From contig CBFFRP010000182.1 of assembly GCA_965644295.1 (NCBI GenBank), positions 62,001 through 126,000 of the forward strand: DNA of 64,000 nt, written 5' to 3'. The translations under genes were made by a program, and so were the position numbers. Source of the DNA: Paraphysomonas bandaiensis (lineage: Eukaryota > Protista > Chrysophyceae). The notes beneath the pieces are model-generated. The model did no database searches. It was not told where the DNA came from and saw only the letters and a list, made by a program, of their open reading frames with translations. Below are positions 62,401 to 64,000 of this stretch, piece by piece (within the stretch, counting starts at the first letter, position 1; each line of letters opens with the position of its first letter).

Positions 62401-64000
62401 CCCATTCATGCTGCAGACGTCGAAAAGTACACTGAAGAATACATAGAACTCAAAGCAGTTGGTCTCAAATGTATTACGTCTCGATCGAAAACCCCAATAC
62501 ATAAATCCAGCAAATCAGATCAAAACCCCGATACAGTTATTGGATCTCCAGCGCCAGCCGCTACTTCCAGGGGGAGTGGCGAGAATCTCAGACATCATGA
62601 TGCCGCGCAGGAGAGAATCAGCAGCCATCGGTGTGAACCTACCCACTCCGATGCAAAGATAGCGAAGACTCGCCCTCCGAAACAATTCAATGGGAATCTA
62701 GTGCCGAATCCGGCACCACACGGTCAAGTGGATCGTGTGCACCAGCGTATGGCCAAACGCGGTAACAAGTCTGCTGATTCATCGGGAGATTGGGAAAATC
62801 AGGGTACACCTGAAGGGCCAAGTAAGGTCCGTGCTACAGCAAAACAACAATTTTTAGCTGGTAAAAAGAGTGTTCTCCGAAGCAGGAGAATGGCCAGGAA
62901 ACGGGTAATTGTAAATATACATAAACTTGGTGATGGTGTATATACATGTGATGTAAATGCTAAACATGTAGCTAATCATATGGCACATGACACACAATGT
63001 ATATCAAAATTACATACAAACAATATTGATATTGTTATGCATGCTATCAGTAATTGCGATGACATTGACGAGCTAACCGATACACCAAAGAGTGTTCAAG
63101 ATGCTATTTCAGGTAAATATAAACAGCAGTGGATCGATGCTATCAATAGAGAAATATCCACTCTTCAGAGGAAAGGGTGCTGGAGATACACTGCGTTACC
63201 ACCTGGAGCAAGAGCCATAAAGGGGAAACTCATATTCAAAATAAAAAGAAAACAGAATGATATCAAATTCAAGGCTCGACTAGTCGCACAGGGTTTTACT
63301 CAAATCCAAGGCATCGATTACAATGATACATACAGCCCCGTCGCGAAGGCTACATCACTACGTACAATTATTGCCCTTTCGACTATTATGAAACTCAAAT
63401 TGCACCAAATCGATTTCACAACTGCGTACATCAATGCTGACCTCGAAGAGGACATATACATGCATCCCCCTCCTGGCATGGACGTCCCTGACGGAAAAGT
63501 CCTCAAACTGATGAAAAGCATCTACGGTCTAAAGCAAGCAGGTCTTAACTGGTATAAGTGCTGTACAAATTTTATGCTAGATATGGGTTTCACCAGACTA
63601 ATATCTGACCCGTGTATATTCAAAAAGCAGATTAATGGCAGGATTATGCTAATAGCCATGTATGTGGATGATATTATTATAGCATCTACATCCGACACTG
63701 ATATCCAACAATTCAAAGACCATTTATCCAAAAAGTTCGAAATTACGGATCTCGGACTCCTAGACTATTACTTGGGCATCTCCATTCATCAAGATTTTGA
63801 CAAAAATATCACAACTCTCAGTCAGGAGCAATATGTCAGAAAACTACTTGACAAATTCAACATGTCCGACAGTAAACCCATGTCAACACCTATGTTACTG
63901 TCTTTCAACTATGATTTACATGAATACAATCATCTTTCAGAGTCAAATCAAAGTTATGTTCAGAATTTCCCTTACAAGGAGCTCATAGGTTCCCTGATGT
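59449..64000 (+). mobile_element. Ty1/Copia LTR retrotransposon (5' LTR about 59449-59721, PBS 59724-59736), runs beyond the window
   Basis: LTR has homologs elsewhere in the window. PBS TGGTAGCGAGATG is complementary, with a 1-nt bulge, to the 3' end of the tRNA-iMet at 58441-58452. Domain order is gag-PR-IN-RT. Confidence 0.95.
59734..64000 (+). CDS. Copia gag-pol polyprotein (uninterrupted, 3'-partial)
   Basis: A single frame holds CFRCDGKGHIASEC, LDSGCT, HKRLAH..CDGC, DFSGP/ADGGKE/QER, KARLVAQG and YVDD (63661). No in-frame stop, which is why it is absent from the ORF track. Confidence 0.93.
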   Translation, partial: MSVKVTSYDSTDSDSTTDKRKDSMPKFDAKNFSRWQKKCRAWFYRKPKIVYTLQNDHPIEPEAGENSDDEDYQYRLEQYQDAKRYYDEGNNYLWSVIASSIIGQNEEAEGILENVPDGDGKTAWTDLLNHFKEKTTNDVITDLIGQFQSIKIKKGQSIINFLDAVEKLRNKLINYGHRISDQDLISRIRQGLVSKENMTYRELAINLQMHPIDDYKTLIRRLRGLGSSSVGMLLSSNEETKTDSIQLAASKPPFSRNKVNSKRKKGTSFRNRSNKPKHDKRADKDIKCFRCDGKGHIASECKHSWERIQQMKNSSGNKSTSRKFKKVRFQTHQSTENDDSDQFADYEDSGPLQQKGRDFGGVGYPTNDETNFVFDQEAGMGTLDSGCTVSITPEAGYITNYEECLTDIQTAKSGSTMTSSGHGRLGIIPKCKHVDHASRTLVSISQLDDLGYKILFGNQSVEIYKDEILLSKGKRVGGLYEIPLTDLGTPIDESHLASTASGPLATLAHKRLAHSSIGLIQKAVQSKLVTGIKLTKSEMNATSLPGGLCDGCASGKSHRRKHRHAIRQMLLKRVRRANELGELVVADFSGPHAPEAIITGNRYILGMTDVASRHQWDSYGPTRDEDFVIQSIQKVVMYLHSKGKRLQHYHADGGKELVSKKVLEYLQSIGATWTFNSPYTPEDNPFQERSWRTTKERALSSLIDSGLPPNFWEQASRATIHIKNRLPCQTAKGFMSPLQFIENEIPDLSYARIWGCKCFVNIDSSLRKNNWDRHSWPGYFMGYREDGPGYIAFVPALRDFVISGHVFFNECVPPADKRYFKEINEIFRENETTRTVESFKYLIGLAHVDPDDGLTYVTTQIKLRKGLIAAYRGLVDDSGDTTRLIQLDDPIHAADVEKYTEEYIELKAVGLKCITSRSKTPIHKSSKSDQNPDTVIGSPAPAATSRGSGENLRHHDAAQERISSHRCEPTHSDAKIAKTRPPKQFNGNLVPNPAPHGQVDRVHQRMAKRGNKSADSSGDWENQGTPEGPSKVRATAKQQFLAGKKSVLRSRRMARKRVIVNIHKLGDGVYTCDVNAKHVANHMAHDTQCISKLHTNNIDIVMHAISNCDDIDELTDTPKSVQDAISGKYKQQWIDAINREISTLQRKGCWRYTALPPGARAIKGKLIFKIKRKQNDIKFKARLVAQGFTQIQGIDYNDTYSPVAKATSLRTIIALSTIMKLKLHQIDFTTAYINADLEEDIYMHPPPGMDVPDGKVLKLMKSIYGLKQAGLNWYKCCTNFMLDMGFTRLISDPCIFKKQINGRIMLIAMYVDDIIIASTSDTDIQQFKDHLSKKFEITDLGLLDYYLGISIHQDFDKNITTLSQEQYVRKLLDKFNMSDSKPMSTPMLLSFNYDLHEYNHLSESNQSYVQNFPYKELIGSLM

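Noticed and set aside
54108-64000. Functional link between the MOV10/SDE3 helicase and the adjacent Copia nest
   Set aside because: TE remnants occur in many intergenic gaps of this window, so adjacency alone is not evidence.

Overview
Eukaryotic nuclear DNA with short GT-AG introns and AT-rich intergenic regions. Gene content and style suggest a stramenopile, possibly a chrysophyte-like protist (inference). Recognisable genes: UFD1, two cAMP-receptor-like 7TM GPCRs, a GT14/Branch glycosyltransferase, RPS12, a multi-cNMP-binding protein, Derlin, a giant IP3-receptor-like channel, an NDK-like protein, a sulfotransferase-like protein, a Gly/Ser/Gln repeat protein, PRCC, a small piggyBac-CRD protein, RMD1/DUF155, an H+-PPase and a MOV10/SDE3-like helicase. 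They are interspersed with Copia LTR elements (one with an intact gag-pol ORF running off the window), solo LTRs, 5'-truncated LINE copies with TSDs, hAT remnants and (TACA)n arrays. The main finding is the IP3R-like channel (22955-31736, minus strand). It carries a complete S1-S4 voltage-sensor domain inserted in its cytosolic ARM region, has lost canonical IP3-binding residues, has a rewritten filter and gate, and ends in a C2-like domain, so it is a candidate single-polypeptide voltage-coupled Ca2+-release channel. The second finding is a Copia LTR that captured an almost complete reverse-transcribed copy of its primer tRNA-iMet, which also suggests non-canonical (TA) LTR termini. All calls were made by eye, without database searches.
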